From: Gemmatimonadota bacterium
GTDB taxonomy: Bacteria; Gemmatimonadota; Gemmatimonadetes; Gemmatimonadales; GWC2-71-9
Direction: 5' to 3'
NCBI GenBank assembly: GCA_003221005.1
Contig: QHTZ01000059.1
Span: 1-15,861, forward strand
Length of the DNA: 15,861 bases
Positions 12,912 through 15,861 of this stretch are shown one piece after another (the first letter of the stretch is position 1; the number at the start of each line of letters is the position of its first letter). Both the position numbers and the translations under genes were made by a program. The notes under the pieces are model-generated. The model saw only the letters and a list, made by a program, of their open reading frames with translations, searched no databases and was not told the origin of the DNA.

Positions 12912-15641
12912 ATGATCGAGCTCCGCTTGCTCGGGAGGTTGAGCCTCACGAGCGCCGATGGGCGCGACGTCCGGGCTCTGCTCGGCCAGCCCCGACGCCT
13001 CGCCCTCCTCGCCTACCTCGCCGCCGCGACACCCCCAGGCTTCCACCGCCGTGACAGCCTGTTGGCACTCTTTTGGCCGGAGCTCGACCAGGAGCATGCC
13101 CGCGCCGCGCTGCGCCAGGCCCTACACGTGGTCCGCGACGCGTTGGGCGCCGACGCCGTCGCGAGCCGCGGCGACGAGGAGCTTGGCCTCGACTTCGATC
13201 GGGTCTCGTGTGACGTGGCTGCCTTCGGCCGCGCGATCGACGGCGCGCAGTTCCGAGAGGCCCTCGACGTCTATCGGGGCGATCTGCTGGAGGGATTCTT
13301 CATCGCGGGGGCGCCGGACTTCGAGCGGTGGCTCGAGACCGAGCGCAGTCGGCTGCGGGAGACGGCATCGCGAGCGGCGCGGATGCTGGGGGAGCACTGC
13401 GAAGCCGACGGCAACCTCACCACCGCCGCTCACTGGGCTCGTCGGGCGCTAGACCTCGCCCCGAACGAGGAAGCGCTGTTGCGCCGTCTGATCACCGTAC
13501 TGGACCGGCACGGCGACCGGGCGGGCGCGCTGCAAGCGTACGAGGAGTTCAGGGCGCGGCTCGCCGACGAATACGAAGCTCAGCCGGCACCCGAAACGGA
13601 GGCTTTGGTTGCCGCGGTGCGAGCGCGGGAGCGGGCGCCCGGGTCGCTTCCGCTACCCCCAATGGATCTGCTCGCGCGGCTGCGCGCCGGGCTTGCCGAT
13701 CGCTACCGCGTCGAGCGCGAGCTGGCGCACGGGCGGACTGCGGCGGTTTTCCTCGCCCACGACCTGAAGCACGAGCGCCCGGTGGCGATCAAGGTGCTCC
13801 ACCCCGAGCTCGCGGCCGCCGTGGGCGCCGAGCGCTTCCTCCGCGAGATCCAGCTGGCTGCTCGGCTCCAGCACCCCCACATCGTCGCGCTGCACGACTC
13901 GGGCGAGACGGATGGCCTCCTCTATTTCGTCATGCCCTACGTCGCAGGCGAATCCCTGCGCGCACGCCTCGAGCGCGAGCCGCAACTCCCGATCGCCGAA
14001 GCGATTCGCGTGACGGGCGACGTGGCGCAGGCACTGGGCTACGCCCACGGCCTGGGTGTAGTGCACCGCGACATCAAGCCGGAGAATATTCTGCTCGAAG
14101 ACGGCCACGCCCTCGTGGCGGACTTCGGGATCGCGCGAGCGATCAGCGCCGCCGGCAGCGAGCGGCTCACTGAGACGGGCATGGCGCTCGGCACACCCGC
14201 CTACATGAGTCCGGAGCAGGGGGCGGAAGACGGGCAGGTGGATGGGCGGAGCGATCTCTACGCGCTCGGCTGCGTGGCCTACGAGATGCTGACCGGGACG
14301 CCGCCATTCACCGGGCCCACGGCCCAAGCCATTCTCGCGCGTCACGCCGTGGACCCCGTCGCGCCGATCCGGACGGTGCGGAAGACGGTGCCCCGCGGGG
14401 TCGAGCAGGCCGTGCTGAAGGCCCTGGCCAAAGTGCCGGCGGACCGCTACGCCGGCGCGACGGAGTTTGCGCAGGCGCTGACCCAGCCGGCCCTCGAGCA
14501 AGGGTCGAGCCGGCGCCAATCGAAAAGCCGGGGAGCAAAGCTCGCACTCGGCGCGGGCCTCTCGGCAGCCGCCGCTCTGGCGCTGCTGGTCGGCTTCAGC
14601 CTTGGGGGCGGGCGGGAGCGGCCGCATCCCCGGGCCCCACTCACGAGCAACGCCGAGGCGTACGATTTGTACCTGCGCGCCGACATGCTTCTCACCCAGC
14701 GTCAGAATCGGGAGAACGATTCGGTCGCGATCACCCTGTTCGAGCGCATCGTGGCGCTGGATCCGAGCTTTGCCGCTGCCCAGGCCGGGCTGGCGCGCGC
14801 CTACGCGCTGCGGGTGAGCGAATTCGATCCGGGGGACACGGCGGCCCTTGAACGAGCCCAGGTGGCCGCGGACAAGGCGCTTCGCCTCGACCCGAATCTC
14901 GCGGAGGCACACCTTGCCCAGGCCCGCCTGCTGTGGGGGCCCTCAAACCATTTCTTCCACGAGCGAGCGATCCAGGAAATCCGGCGCGCCCTGAGCCTCG
15001 ACCCGAACATAGGGCACCACAATCTGGGGAACATCTATCTGCATATCGGAATGCTCGACGAAGCGATTGCCGATCTTCAGAAGACGCTCGCGATCTCGCC
15101 CCGCTCGGACAACGCCCTGCGGCGCATCGCGGAGGCACGTGCACACAAAGGGCAATATGAGGAGGCCCTAAGAATCCTGAGCCAGGTAGACCCCGAGGCC
15201 AACCCGCCCTACTGGTACTATCAAATGGCGTTCGTGCTGCTGCACTTGGGGCGGCGCGACTCGGCGTTCGCACTGATACAGAACTACCTGCGGGAGCATC
15301 CTGAAGACCGGGGCGGCGTTGTGACAAGCGCGCGGGCCGTCTGGTTTGCCATGGCCGGGGACGCACCCGGCGCGGAACGAGACATGCAGACCGCTGTCCA
15401 GAAGGGGAAGGGATACATCCACTTCCATCACGCCGGCTACCACATCGCTCTCGCTTACGCGTTGCTCCACCGGCCGGACTCGGCGGTACAGTGGTTGCGT
15501 CGCGTGGCCGATGGCGGGATGCCCTGCTATCCGTGTTTCGCCGGCGAACCCTTCTTGAACGGCATCCGGACGGATCCGGGGTTTGTCGGCTTCATGTCGA
15601 AGCAGAAGGCGCAGTGGGAGCGGTGGCGGGCGACGCTCTGA
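12912..15641 (+). CDS. SARP wHTH-BTAD + Ser/Thr kinase + TM + TPR receptor lacking the TolB-like domain (909 aa)
   Basis: MIELRLLG start; BTAD; VAIK, HRDIKPEN, DFG, GTPAYMSPE; TM LALGAGLSAAAALALLVGF followed almost directly by TSNAEAYDLYLR and TPRs. Confidence 0.92.
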   Translation: MIELRLLGRLSLTSADGRDVRALLGQPRRLALLAYLAAATPPGFHRRDSLLALFWPELDQEHARAALRQALHVVRDALGADAVASRGDEELGLDFDRVSCDVAAFGRAIDGAQFREALDVYRGDLLEGFFIAGAPDFERWLETERSRLRETASRAARMLGEHCEADGNLTTAAHWARRALDLAPNEEALLRRLITVLDRHGDRAGALQAYEEFRARLADEYEAQPAPETEALVAAVRARERAPGSLPLPPMDLLARLRAGLADRYRVERELAHGRTAAVFLAHDLKHERPVAIKVLHPELAAAVGAERFLREIQLAARLQHPHIVALHDSGETDGLLYFVMPYVAGESLRARLEREPQLPIAEAIRVTGDVAQALGYAHGLGVVHRDIKPENILLEDGHALVADFGIARAISAAGSERLTETGMALGTPAYMSPEQGAEDGQVDGRSDLYALGCVAYEMLTGTPPFTGPTAQAILARHAVDPVAPIRTVRKTVPRGVEQAVLKALAKVPADRYAGATEFAQALTQPALEQGSSRRQSKSRGAKLALGAGLSAAAALALLVGFSLGGGRERPHPRAPLTSNAEAYDLYLRADMLLTQRQNRENDSVAITLFERIVALDPSFAAAQAGLARAYALRVSEFDPGDTAALERAQVAADKALRLDPNLAEAHLAQARLLWGPSNHFFHERAIQEIRRALSLDPNIGHHNLGNIYLHIGMLDEAIADLQKTLAISPRSDNALRRIAEARAHKGQYEEALRILSQVDPEANPPYWYYQMAFVLLHLGRRDSAFALIQNYLREHPEDRGGVVTSARAVWFAMAGDAPGAERDMQTAVQKGKGYIHFHHAGYHIALAYALLHRPDSAVQWLRRVADGGMPCYPCFAGEPFLNGIRTDPGFVGFMSKQKAQWERWRATL

Positions 15642-15650
15642 ACCGTGGCG

Positions 15651-15860
15651 CTAGCGGAACACCGGCGTCAGCGGCGGATCACCGTTGAGCACCGCCCGCA
15701 CGTTCGCGAGTGCCGCCGCAGCCATGGCGCGGCGCACCTGTGGCGTCGCGCTCCCCAGGTGCGGGAGCAGCACGGTGCGGGGCGCGGCGAGGAGCCGCGA
15801 GTGGATCTTGGGCTCCTCCAAGTACACGTCGAGCCCGGCTGCGCCGAGGTGCCCCTCCTC
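15651..15860 (-). CDS. C-terminus of a D-isomer-specific 2-hydroxyacid dehydrogenase (D-glycerate dehydrogenase/glyoxylate reductase type); partial
   Basis: Own translation, absent from the ORF track: EEGHLGAAGLDVYLEEPKIHSRLLAAPRTVLLPHLGSATPQVRRAMAAAALANVRAVLNGDPPLTPVFR*. GLDVY..EP and LPHLGSAT are family motifs. Confidence 0.9.
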   Translation of the reverse strand, partial: EEGHLGAAGLDVYLEEPKIHSRLLAAPRTVLLPHLGSATPQVRRAMAAAALANVRAVLNGDPPLTPVFR

Positions 15861-15861
15861 G

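Noticed and set aside
12743-12949. 68-aa minus-strand ORF resembling the first ~60 aa of the 6666..8201 ORF (MRLxLPSxRSSIMRGLGG)
   Set aside because: The similarity comes from the duplicated promoter and regulator start read on the antisense strand. There is no RBS, it overlaps the regulator start, and the real cargo starts have their own RBS and signal peptide.
1-15861. Reading the kinase/TPR array as an anti-phage or NLR-like system, or as a mobile element
   Set aside because: No NTPase (STAND), nuclease, TIR, integrase or transposase motifs were seen. The architecture fits transmembrane transcriptional signalling.

Overview
GC-rich bacterial window; the gene style suggests Gemmatimonadota, which is an inference. 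It holds an array of four paralogous receptor/regulator genes on the + strand. The three complete ones read SARP-type wHTH+BTAD, optional Ser/Thr kinase, one TM helix, optional TolB-like domain and TPR repeats; the first is cut by the window edge. Each complete one sits head-to-head with a secreted lipoprotein gene (one Kelch propeller, two vanadium-haloperoxidase/PAP2-family proteins) across an intergenic region carrying 11-bp-phased repeats. Inserted in the array is a two-gene operon: a TlpA-type thioredoxin and an outer-membrane beta-barrel gene. The barrel's likely start is ATG 1799, and its frame has an in-frame TGA (1901-1903) just after the signal peptide, followed by a SECIS-like hairpin, making it a candidate selenoprotein that the ORF track truncates. 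A deletion remnant of a porin-like gene lies at 6542-6633. The window ends in the 3' end of a D-2-hydroxyacid dehydrogenase gene. No rRNA, tRNA, CRISPR array or transposase was seen.
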